Below the pieces are notes generated by a model, which saw only the letters and a list, made by a program, of their open reading frames with translations, searched no databases and was not told the origin of the DNA. A DNA stretch of 64,000 nt. Source: Eledone cirrhosa (lineage: Eukaryota). The DNA lies in assembly GCA_964016885.1 (NCBI GenBank), contig OZ024740.1, positions 219,046,001 to 219,110,000 of the forward strand, in the 5' to 3' direction. How positions within the stretch are numbered: position 1 is the stretch's first letter; each line of letters opens with the position of its first letter. Shown piece after piece: positions 23,985 through 35,454 of the stretch. Both the position numbers and the translations under genes were made by a program.

Positions 23985-24852
23985 TAAGAACATTTTCCAT
24001 CTGAAGCATGTATTCTTCCTAGATATATGTACTTTGTATTTGTACAAGATACTGTGTTCTCATAGGATATATGGTTCTTTCTCTCTCTCTCTATATATAT
24101 ACATATATCTATAAATTTGAATTATTGATGCTCTAGACAAATGTCCATATGTTATGATACCTTAATATTTTATATGTATATATATATATATATGTATATA
24201 ACATCAGTAAATATTGCCTAGACAAAATGTATCCAATAACATGTATATATATATATGTAGCGAAATATGTCCGTGCATTGAACTTTGGGTGATACCTAAA
24301 GGTTAAATTTTAGGTCACCACATTTATTGTTGACGCGTTGGCTGTCCCCTCAAGGTGGGGGACAGGAAGTGATAGTTATATAAAGCCTGTGCTATCATCC
24401 CACCTAAGGAGATACATCGGAGCACCCCACTACAGAACAAGCTATGTAAGGATTTACTGCTATTAATAGACCCCAAGGGTCTACAGACACAGAGATATCG
24501 AAGCACTAGGATACACAACTAACTATGTAAGGATTCACCACTATCAACAGACTCCATGAGGCCTACAGGTACACACAGAACGATTGGAACCCTACTCCTC
24601 CAGACTATGTACAAGCCACAGTGGTCTACAACTAATTATAGACCATTCAGAGATATACAAGCCATATCTCTCTCTCTCTCTCTCTCTCTTACTAACACGG
24701 TCTAACAACTACTACCACGGTCTCCAAATTCCAACAACAACAACAATTATCTGTCGCTCGCTGCTTTCACAACAACAACAACAGACTACAACAGCCTCAC
24801 ATCAGCAGCAATAACTACATTAACAACTCTTGGTAACTGTTTTATATGTAAT

Positions 24853-27827
24853 TTTACGAGTCCCTAATACACACTACTGCTCTAACAGACGACAAGGACT
24901 TCCTAATCATCGCAGGAGATTTTAACGGACACGTAGGTAAACACTGCGACTGCTTCAATAAAGTACATGGAGGCCATGGGGTTGGCACAAGGAATGAGGA
25001 AGGATTCAGACTTCTAGAATTCTGCGACGCCAATGACATGTCGATATGTAACACAAACTTAAAAAAACCCGACAACCACCTGATCACCTATAGATCACTC
25101 TAGTCAGTTAGATTTTATCCTCATCAGAGGACGTGACAGATGGACAGTCGTAAACACAAAAACCTTCCCTAGTGAGGAATGTACATCCCAACATAGCTTA
25201 GTTGTCAGCGACCTCACAGTCAGAACTAGACGAACCCGGAAGCAGAGGCCAACCTGGAGAAGAAAGATCTGGAAGCTGAAAGTCCCCTCAACCAGTAACA
25301 GATTTAAAGATATTTTACTCAACGCCTATGACAGTAAAGAAGAACAGATAAAGACATTTAACGTAGAAGAGAACTGGGAGTTCCTAAAATATAATTTACT
25401 AGAGGCGACGGATGAGGTCTGTGGCTGGAGTAAGACCTCAAGCAGGAGGAGAGTGACTTGGTGGTGGAACAATAAGGTAGATGAAGCAGTTAAGGCCAAG
25501 AGACAGGCATGGAAAGAATGGAAGAACGGGGGGGGGGGGGCAGGGTACATTACATAGAGACCAAGAGGGAAGCTAGGCGACAAGTATACTTAGCTAGGAG
25601 GGAAGCAGAGGATAGAAAATTCAAGCATGTTTTACAACGTGAGGACCAGAAACAGGAGGTATTCAAGATTGCGAGGCAGTGTGTCAGAGATAGTTGTGAT
25701 GTCATTGGAGAGAAGTGTATCCGGAATGATAAAGGTGAGCTTGGCCTCACAAGTGCTGAGAAGAAAGATGCATGGAAGAGTCATTATGATAGATTACTAA
25801 ATGAGGAGAATGCATGGGAAGAAGAGACCCTACCCCAAGTAGACCCTATAGAGGGACCAGCAGTACAAGTCAGCAGCAGCGTAGTAAGTAAGGCAATCAA
25901 AGATATGAAGATGGGGAAGGCAACCGGTCCATCGGGTATAGCTGCCGAGATGCTGAAGGCATCTGGGTCTGTAGGTCACACTATAACCACACGTATCGTT
26001 AACCAGGTAATACTAGAAGGGGCCATACCAAAAGATTGGTGCAGTAGCATCATTGTCAACTGCTACAAAGGTAAAGGCGATGCACTAGATAGAGGAAACT
26101 ATAGAGGTATAAAGTTGATGGACCAGGTCATGAAAGTAACAGAAAGAGTTATAGCACAGCTGATTAGGGACCGGGTGAAAATAGACGAGATGCAATTTGG
26201 GTTTGTACCAGGAAGAGGCACCACTGATGCCCTCTTCCTTGTGAGGCAATTACAGGAAAAGTACCTAGCTAAAAGTAAGCCACTCTACTTGGCATTTGTT
26301 GACCTTGAGAAAGCCTTTGACAGAGTTCCACGCGCTGTAATCTGGTGGGCTCTTAGAAAACTAAGAGTAGATGAATGGCTTGTGAAAGCGGTACAAGCCA
26401 TGTATAGGGGAGCAGTCAGCAAAGTTAGGATTAGCAATGAGTATAGCGAGGAATTTAGCGTACAGGTTGGGGTCCACCAGGGCTCTGTTCTTAGCCCTCT
26501 CCTGTTCATCATAGTCCTGCAGGCAATAACGGAGGAGTTTAAGACCGGATGCCCATGGGAACTCCTGTATGCTGATGACCTCGCACTCATAGCTGAATCT
26601 ATGGTAGAACTAGAGAATAAATTCCAAACCTGGAAGCAGGGACTAGAAAGAAAGGGTCTCAAAGTCAACATGACAAAGACTAAGGTCCTTGTAAGTAGAC
26701 GAGAAAACAGAACCCAGATCCCCTCAGGGAAATGGCCATGCTCAGTATGTAGGAAAGGTGTAGGTAGGAACTCCATTCTCTGCCCCAAATGCAAACAATG
26801 GGTACACAAGAGATGTAGCGGGATCTCAGGAAGTTTAATTAAGAATGTAGGATTCACATGCAGCAGCTGTGCTGAAACAGCCACAGGAAACAAGTACCAC
26901 CAATCTCTAGGAGGGCCCTGTAGAAACAGTAGACAGCTTCTGCTACCTAGGTGACCGAATTAGCAACGGAGGTGGGTGTTCAGAAAGTACAATAACTAGG
27001 GTAAGAACGGGATGGAAGAAGTTTAGGGAACTACTACCACTGCTAGCTGCAAAAGGCTTCTCCCTCAGAATGAAAGGCAGACTGTATGATGCGTGTATCC
27101 GAACAGCGATGTTGCATGGTAGTGAGACCTGGGCGCTGAAGGTGGAAGACTTACGTAGATTAGAGAGAAACGAAGCCTGCATGCTCCGATGGATGTGTAA
27201 CAGTAATATACGTGAACGACAAAGCATAAACGAATTGAGAGAGAGACTGAGCATAAGAGGAATCAAATGCTGTGTGCAGGAGAGGCGGTTGCGCTGGTAT
27301 GGACATGTGATGCATATGAAGGATGACAGCTGCATAAACAGGTGCAGAGCACTAGAAGTTGATGGAAACCGCGGAGTGGGGAGACCCAAGAAGACCTGGG
27401 ATGAGGTGATAAAAGCCGACCTTACCCAATTACACCTCTCAAAAACAATGACACACGACCGTGACTTCTGGCGTCACGCAGTAATACAGAGTACCCGACC
27501 TCCCATGGGTACAAGCTGAAGCATATAAACAATATGCCCCCACACCCCCCACCGCAAGGTGGTCGTGGAGGTGCCACGGCAAAAAAGCACCCAGCCCACA
27601 CTGTAAAGTGGACGTGTAGGCGCCACGAAAAAGCACCCAGCACTCACTGTAAATGAGGTTGGTGTTAGGAAGGGCATCCAGCTGTAGAAATCAAGCCAGA
27701 TCAGTTCCTGTATGAGCAAGGCATGGTCAGCCGACCAGACACTGCACACAACAGGACAACCCGTCTAACCCATGCTAGCGTGGAAGAACGGACGTAAAAC
27801 GGTGATGATGATGATGATGATGATGAT
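24853..27827 (+). mobile_element. RTE LINE (subfamily A), longest copy: C-terminal half of APE endonuclease + RT + 3' UTR; frameshifted
   Basis: APE motifs IIAGDFNGHVG, RNEEG..LLEFC, SQLDFIL, SQHSLVV; RT ORFs 25509-26954 and 27070-27519; frameshifts at the G-run ~25530 and at ~26880; (GAT)n tail. Confidence 0.96.
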
Positions 27828-27837
27828 ATATATATAT

Positions 27838-27920
27838 ATTATTATACTTTGGGAGGGTCATGTTGCCAATAAAAACACATGCACCTGTTCATTTTCATTT
27901 CAATTTATTATAAATTTATA
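27838..27920 (-). mobile_element. Penelope-like terminal fragment
   Basis: Reverse complement of 37670-37750 (catgacccttccaaagtataa end). Confidence 0.75.
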
Positions 27921-28060
27921 ATAAATTTATTATTAATTCCACCCCGATCGTCCCTTCAATCTTTCTAATTTCTCATTCTTTCTTCTATTTCATGCATTAA
28001 CCTATTATATTCCTTCCATACATTGTACCGATTGTGTTGTTATTTCTGTTTACCTTTTAC

Positions 28061-28130
<70 letters not shown>

Positions 28131-28185
28131 TAGCGTGGAAGATAGAAGTTAAACGAAGATGGTGATGATGATGATGATATTTAAA

Positions 28186-28390
28186 GAAGTGCCAAGAAAT
28201 CCCAGTAGTGGAAGACCACGAAAATCATGGACGGAGGTGGCGAGACTGACCTCAGATTGCTGAAGCTTACGGAGAAGATGACGAAGGAACCATGATGAAT
28301 GGAGAGATGCTGTGCTGAATAGGACCCGTCCCACCCTTGCAAGCAGGGAAAAGCAGACGTAAAATGATGATGATGATGATGATGATGATA
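28186..28390 (+). mobile_element. RTE subfamily B 3' end
   Basis: Matches 36930-37140 with a small deletion; (GAT)n tail. Confidence 0.9.
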
Positions 28391-29072
28391 AAGATATAAA
28401 TGTACTACAAACACTTGTCCATATATATTAACGGTTTCATCAGTGTATTTCTTTTGAAATACACTGCCTATGTGTTTCAATTAATTTTGAAAATAATCAA
28501 AAATTTAAAGGAAATCAATAAAACAACTAAGTTTTTCATTACTAAGTTGATATTATGAACTTTCCTTTTTTAAAATTATGATGAAAGGTTTTAAAATAAA
28601 GATAAACAATTTAAAATAAGCTGTTTTCTTGCATAAATCCAGGATAGTTTTTGTCATATTGGTGTCAAAAGGGTTAATGTTTGTGTTTTATGTATAATCA
28701 TATATAAAGATATTCAAACATTAAATGAACAAAGCACTCTATACATATATGGAGAGCGCAAGGTTTACTTTTACCAGGAAAAGGTTGACAGTGACTTTGA
28801 AGTTTCACTAATGATTGGCTTGTCAGACTGTCAATTCTGTAGTTGGGGATGTTGATTATACATCATAGAGGTATTCATTGTAGTTCTCATACACAAAGGA
28901 CCTACATATATAACTAGTATCAGCAACTACAGAACTCAAGCCTGACGAAACCACTCACCTACCAAACTCTAAAGTCACTATCAACCATTTTTTTTTTTGC
29001 ATGAATAATGCAAAATAGGGAATAATTTGGGGGAAAAATGTAATATTTTTAAAGAAATTTTGATGTTGTTGA

Positions 29073-29142
29073 GAAATAATTATAAATTAAACCACAGAAA
29101 TAATTATAAATTAAACCACAGAAATAATTATAAATTAAACCA
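29073..29142. repeat. 24-bp minisatellite, about 3 copies
   Basis: gaaataattataaattaaaccaca repeated. Confidence 0.9.
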
Positions 29143-29440
29143 CCTTTCATATATCTATTATAGTTTCCTGGCGATATATTTTTACTCTTGAATTGAAAAA
29201 AAATGATATTACTGTGAATTTTATGGGACAATTATGATTCATTGTACTTAATGTTATATTGACATATTGCATAATTGTTCAAATGTTCTACCATTTGTTT
29301 TTTTCTTTGAAACATGATTGAATAACTTTTGATCACATCATGATAGAAACCTAATTTATTTTTGATTTTTGCATAATTTTTATCTACTTTCTTGAAAAGC
29401 CAATATTGAACACATTTTACAACATATAATATATATATAT

Positions 29441-29775
29441 GGAGGCACATGGCTTAGTGGTTAGAGCATTGGCCTTGCAATCGAAAGGTTGTGAGTTCAA
29501 TTCTCAGACCGGGTGATGTGTTGTTTCCTTGAGCAAGACACTTTATTTCACATTGCTCCAGTTTACTCAGCTGTAGAAATGAGATGATAGGGACTGGGTC
29601 CATATCATTCCACTGCAAAGTGGTCGTGGAGGTGCCACGGCAAAAAAGCACCCAGCACTCACTGTAAATGAGGTTGGTGTTAGGAAGGGCATCCAGCTGT
29701 AGAAATTAAGCCAGAATCAGTTCCCGTCCCACCCTTGCAAGCAGGGAAAAAGCGGACGTAAAATGAAATGATGAT
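29441..29775 (+). mobile_element. Full-length tRNA-derived SINE (family 1) with RTE-derived 3' tail
   Basis: A box tggcttagtgg, B box gagttcaattc; 3' part shared with RTE 3' ends; atgatgat tail. Confidence 0.9.
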
Positions 29776-29843
29776 ATATACAAACAGGTTCTTACTCCTG
29801 ATGGGGTCATAGGTATGATGTCTTATATATATATATATATATA

Positions 29844-30218
29844 TAGTGGTTAGAGCATTGGTCTTGCAATCGAAAAGTTGTGAGTTCAATTCTCAGACCG
29901 GGTGATGTGTTGTTTCCTTGAGCAAGACACTTTATTTCACATTGCTCCAGTTTACTCAGCTGTAGAAATGAGATGATAGGGACTGGGTCCATATCATTCC
30001 ACTGCAAAGTGGTCGTGGAGGTGCCACGGCAAAAGAGCACCCATCCCACACTGTAAAGTGGACGTGTAGGCGCCACGGAAAAAAAAGCACCCAGCACTCA
30101 CTGTAAATGAGGTTGGTGTTAGAAAGGGCATCCAGCTGTAGAAATCAACCCAGAATCAGTTCCCATCCCACCCTTGCAAGCAGGGAAAAACGGACGTAAA
30201 ATGAAATTATGATGATGA
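29844..30218 (+). mobile_element. SINE family 1 copy (tandem neighbour)
   Basis: Near-identical to 29441 including the shared gggactgggtccatatc variant. Confidence 0.9.
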
Positions 30219-30676
30219 TATATATATATATATATATAGCCAGCTCACTCTATATTTGAACTCAGATCATAAAGGGAGGTAACTCTATGCTTCAAAGCAT
30301 GGCGTCCAACCCTCTACCAATACTGCCAATAATGATGATGGTATATATGTAGTGAATCTATACAATGAGATTTTAACTGTTGTTCCCCAGGCTGTCAAAA
30401 TAAATCATATGATTCTGACTTCTGGTCTCAGGAAATAGTATTATAAATGGTATTATAAATGGTATTATACTTGGTGTATTTTACTTCTTTCGTTTTGGGG
30501 ACTCATGTTGCCAAACTGCCTGGAAGAATAGAGTTTTCTGGTGTGAGAGGGGGGGGGGGCATTTGTTTATTAACAACAACAGGATTCTCATAAATTGTCT
30601 GTTCTCAGCTGTCCAGTATGCAGTCCAGTTCAGTTTATGACAGAAATTAGAACAATGTAGTTGCCAATAGACTCAC

Positions 30677-30782
30677 TCCGACCCACTAGTTCTTGGTCTT
30701 TTCGGCCATTGAAGTGAGACAGTTGTTTGATTCCAACAAATAATAGTTCCATGTATCTTTTCAGGCTACTGTAGCATCCATG
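30677..30782 (-). CDS. Candidate coding exon (HGCYSSLKRYMELLFVGIKQLSHFNGRKDQELVGR)
   Basis: Minus strand acceptor tgtgtttag and donor gtgagt around a 106-nt segment with one open frame; protein not recognised. Confidence 0.25.
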
Positions 30783-31286
30783 CTAAACACATCACACAAA
30801 CATAATACATAATTTCATTTTAACTCTTTGCAGTTTTTCCTGTGTTATCGTAATAACTTTGATGTAAGTTATTTCTTCATAAAAATTACTAAAGTAGGAG
30901 CATTTGTTATTGTTCATTGACTACTGGCTATGGAAACCATACATCTCGACTCACTGAGACACAACTACATACACACACACACAGACATACACACACTCAC
31001 ACACACACACACATTCACACACACACACACTCACTCACACACACACACACACACGCGCGATTCGTTTGCCATAAGTCACAAACATTCACACAGAACTTTA
31101 TACGGAAGAGAGCAACTCAGGGAATACCCATCAAGCCATAAGACTTTGTAGTGGTAACTACCACTACAAAGTCTTCCACACTATAATAAACAGTAAACCA
31201 ACAAAAGCAACAACAAGCAATCATCTTAACAGCATTTGGTGACCTAGACAAATCTTGACAGCCACTACATATATATAAACATATAT

Positions 31287-31801
31287 ATAGCCATTATTCA
31301 ACAGCTATGACCTCATCAGGCAGTAAGAACTTGAACAGAAAAAACAGGAAAACATAATGTTGTAATAGATTTTATCTTGTTAATCCATTGATATGCTCAG
31401 ATCCAGATTGTGGTGTTAGTCCTCTAAGGAACTGAAATCATATGATTTAGAATGAACGAATTTTAAAATCCGAAGGACATGCCATCATCTCATTGGTCAG
31501 ATATCATATCACCTCCCTAGCCAAAAGTCGATTGAAATTCTTCGGTCAGTTCTCCTAGAAACAGGTCAGCCTGTTAGAATTGCTTTTAACTGCATGTATG
31601 TTCTGGTCCAGTTGACCGACGTTGAAATTCGTTCATTCTAAATCATATGATTTCAGTTCCTTAGAGGTCTAACACCACACCCTGGATCTGAGCATATCAA
31701 TGGATTAACAAGATAAAATCTATTACAACATTATGTTTTCCTGTTTTTTCTGTTCAAGTTCTTACTGACTGATGAGGTCATAGCTGTTGAATAATGGCTA
31801 T
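31287..31801. repeat. Fold-back insertion, ~180-bp inverted arms, with decayed HHR
   Basis: 31287-31466 is the reverse complement of 31622-31801; CTGATGA followed by hairpin atagctgtt/aatggctat at ~31769-31805. Confidence 0.8.
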
Positions 31802-31962
31802 CACTGATATATAACAGCGAATATGAATAAATGAAGCTAATTTTACCCTGTTGACTTACACTTCTTGTTTTTACATTACTACGGAGTAAACAGACCAACC
31901 TGCGCACTTCGTTGAGTGCTCCAACCTGTATACTGAAGTGTCGGTAAACAACCAACACATAC

Positions 31963-31994
<32 letters not shown>

Positions 31995-31996
<2 letters not shown>

Positions 31997-33959
31997 CATC
32001 ATCAACATCATCACCGTTTTACGTCCGTTCTTCATGCTAGCATGGGTTAGACGGGTTGTCCTGTTGTGGGCAGTGTTCAGTCGGCTGAACTTGTCTTGCT
32101 CATACGGGAACTGATTCTGGCATGATTTCTACAGCTGGATGCCCTTCCTAACACCAACCTCATTTACAGTGAATGCTGAGTAATTTTTTTCTGTGGTGCC
32201 TACACGTCCACTTTACAGTGTGGTCTGGGTGCTTTTTTGCCGTGACACTTCCACGACCACTTTGCAGTGGGAGGGAGTGGGGGCATATTGTCTATATGCT
32301 TCAGCTTCGGCTTGTACCCGTGGGAAGTCGGGTCTTCTGTATTACTGCGTGACGCCAGAGGTCACAGTCACGTGTCATTGCCCTTGAGAGGTGCAATTGG
32401 GTAAGGTCGGCTTTTATCACCTCATCCCAGGTCTTCTTGGGTCTCCCGACTCCTTGGCTTCCATTGACTTTTTATGCAGCTGTCATCCTTCAGACACATC
32501 ACATGTCCATACCAACGCAATCTCCTCTCCTGCACACAGCATTTGATTCCTCTTATGCTCAGTCTCTCTCTCTATTCGTTTATGCTTTTCCGTTCGCGTA
32601 TATTACTATTACACATCCATCGGAGCATGCAAGCTTCATTTCTTTCTAATCTATGCAAGTCTTCTACAGACAGCGCCCAGGTCTCACTACCATGTAACAT
32701 TGCTGTTCGTATACACGCATCATACAGTCTGCCTTTCATTTTGAGGGAAAAGCCTTTTGCAGCTAACAGTGGCAGTAGCTCCCTGAACTTCTTCCATCCC
32801 GTTCTTACCCTAGTTATTGTACTTTCCGAACACCCACCTCCACTGCTAATTTGGTCACCTAGGTAGCAGAAGCTGTCTACTGTTTCTACAGAACCCTCCC
32901 AGAGTTTGGTGGTGCTTGTTTCCTGTGGCTGTTTGCTGCTTGCTGTCTCAGCGCAGCTGCTACATATGAAGTCTACATTCTTAGTTAAGCTTCCTGAGAT
33001 CCCACTACATCTGTTGTGTACCCATTGTTTGTATTTGGGGCAGAGGATGGAGTTCCTACCTACACCTTTCCTCCATACTGAGCAAGGCCATTTCCCTGAG
33101 GGGATCTGGGTTCTGTTTTCTCGTCTACTTACAAGGACCTTAGTCTTTGTCAGGTTGACATTGAGACCCTTTCTTTCTAGTCCCTGCTTCCATGTTTGGA
33201 ATTTCTTCTCTAGTTCCACCATGGATTCAGCTATAAGTGCGAGATCATCCGCATATAGGAGTTCCCATGGGCATCTAGTCTTAAACTCCTCCGTTATTGC
33301 CTGCAAAACTATAATGAACAGGAGATGGCTAAGAACAGAGCCCTTGTGGACACTGACCTGTATGCTAAATTCCTCGCTATAGTCATTGCTAACCCTAACT
33401 TTGCTGACTGCTCCTCTATACATGGCTTATACAGCTTTCACAAGCCATTCATCTACTCCTAATTTTCTAAGAGCCCACCAGATTATAGCACGGGGGACTC
33501 TGTCAAAGGCTTTTTCCAGATCGATGAATAGCAGGTAGAGCGGCTTGCTTTTAGCTAGGTACTTTTCCTGTAACTGCCTCACAAGGAAGAGGGCATCAGT
33601 GGTGCTTTTTCCTGGTACAAACCCAAATTGCATCTCATTTAATTTTACCCGGTCCCTAATCAACTGTGCTATAACTCTTTCTGTTACTTTCATGACCTGG
33701 TTCATCAGCTTTATACCTCTATAGTTTCCTCTATCTAGTGCATCACCTTTACCCTTGTAGCAGTTGACAATGATGCTACTGCACCAATCCTTTGGTATGA
33801 CACCTTCTAGTATTACCTGGTTAACATAACCTGGTAATGGTGTGACCTACTGACCCAGATGCCTCCAGCATCTCGGCATCTATACCCGATGGACCGGTTG
33901 CCTTCCCCGTCTTCATATCTTTGATTGCCTTACTTACTACGCTGCTGCTGACTTGTACA
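31995..33959 (-). mobile_element. RTE LINE (subfamily A), 5'-truncated, decayed
   Basis: ORFs 32572-33423 and 33427-33705 match RT; 3' UTR and (CAT)n at 31995. Confidence 0.95.
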
Positions 33960-33980
33960 TATATATATATATATATATAT

Positions 33981-34170
33981 AAATGGCTTCTACGGGACTA
34001 GAACTGTTTCATTCGAAGGAAATCATCAGGAAAGCAATTCCTGATGATTTCCTTTGAATGAAACAGTTCTAGTCCTGTAGAAGCCATTTCTATATTAAAT
34101 ATTTATACTCTGCTATGTATTGAGCACCTTACTTACTGTGGTTACCCCCGATTGAACCCAGGATCTACAC
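33981..34170 (+). ncRNA. Fold-back pair of hammerhead ribozymes (plus copy 34038-34083, inverted copy 33987-34032) with downstream tail
   Basis: ttc CTGATGA tttc-cttt-gaat GAAA cag-ttctagtc-ctg TA gaa; 52-bp arms around a 5-nt loop. Confidence 0.8.
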
Positions 34171-34225
34171 ACACATATATATATATGGAAGCAGGGAAAA
34201 GCAGACGTACATATATATATGCATA

Positions 34226-34405
34226 TATGGACTCCACCTGGCGGCAAATGGAGGCTGGGTTGCCCCACGATCACCTGGTGATGAACGTTCTGAAAACACC
34301 TGATGGCAGCCAACATCACTCGGCACGGACGCGAAAAAGCCGCCGCTGATCGTGATTGTTGGTGAGTACTTACTGCTCGATGCGCGGAAGAATCTAAGAC
34401 TAAGA
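34226..34405 (+). mobile_element. RTE-clade LINE 3' end (distinct family), decayed
   Basis: WTPPGGKWRLGCPTITW...AAADRDCW with stops; matches the GRPxxTW...DRxxW C-terminal motif. Confidence 0.6.
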
Positions 34406-35454
34406 TATATAATATATATGTAAAGACCCCCTTTGGTCACGAATGACCTTCAGATTTGCACCTAGAAAGTTCCCTTCCAGGGCACATGTCTGAACAAGGT
34501 TATTTTTGGAAGACCAGCAGTCACCCATGCATACCAGCCTCCCCTCTCCATGTCACCGATACAGCTTGGCACCAGTGACCCCACAACACATTTCTACAGC
34601 TGAGTGAACTGGAGCAACATGAAATAAAGTGCCTTGCTCAAACTCACAACCTCATCATTGTAAGCCCAATGCTCTAACCACTAAGCCATGCGCCTCTCAG
34701 AGAAACCAGATTTTCTTACCAAGAAATATACAAACAAAAACACTGTGACAAGACAAATACCATCAGCTGCACACAAGGAAGCAGCAAAGACACACTATCA
34801 ACTGCACGTTAGCTAACACCACAGAGACACCATTAACTGCACATTAGTAAGCACCACCAATATACGCTATAATTCAGGTATGAACTTTCATGGTTTTGTT
34901 TTTTTCCTGTGCATCTAATTTCATGTATTGGTGACAATACTAACACTGATAAAAGCAATGCTGGTGTACAAGGGTGAATGCTGCAGACTTCAAACAGTTG
35001 TGTACAGTGGTAGGAGAGAAAGAGAGAGAGAAAGGGAGAGTTGGAGGTGAGAGAGGGAGAGTTGGAGGTGAGAGAGAGAGAGAGAGAGAGGGAGAGAGAG
35101 TCAGGCAGACAGAGAGTGTGAGGGGAGGAGAGAGCAAGCAGTGACAGCTACAGTCTCAATGTCTACAAAGTCAATCTATAAATAGATTGAGAAGTTCAAA
35201 AGATATTTTTTCCTTCAACAACCTGTATTTTCTCATGACTTCAACATATATCATATTTATTTATTATTTTAGTATATATTCCATCCCTTCGGTCTGTTAG
35301 TGTCCCTGATGCAATGTAACACTAATTGAATTTTACAAAACTTGTCCTCAAATGTTCGATTCTGGTCAAGAGAAATGATTATTGGATATCTAGTGGACAT
35401 CCAGTGAACACCCAGTGTGTATATAATATATACATGTATATATTATATACGAAT

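Noticed and set aside
29441-29515. tRNA-like sequence with A and B boxes
   Set aside because: SINE head in many copies; no convincing acceptor stem, so not called a tRNA gene
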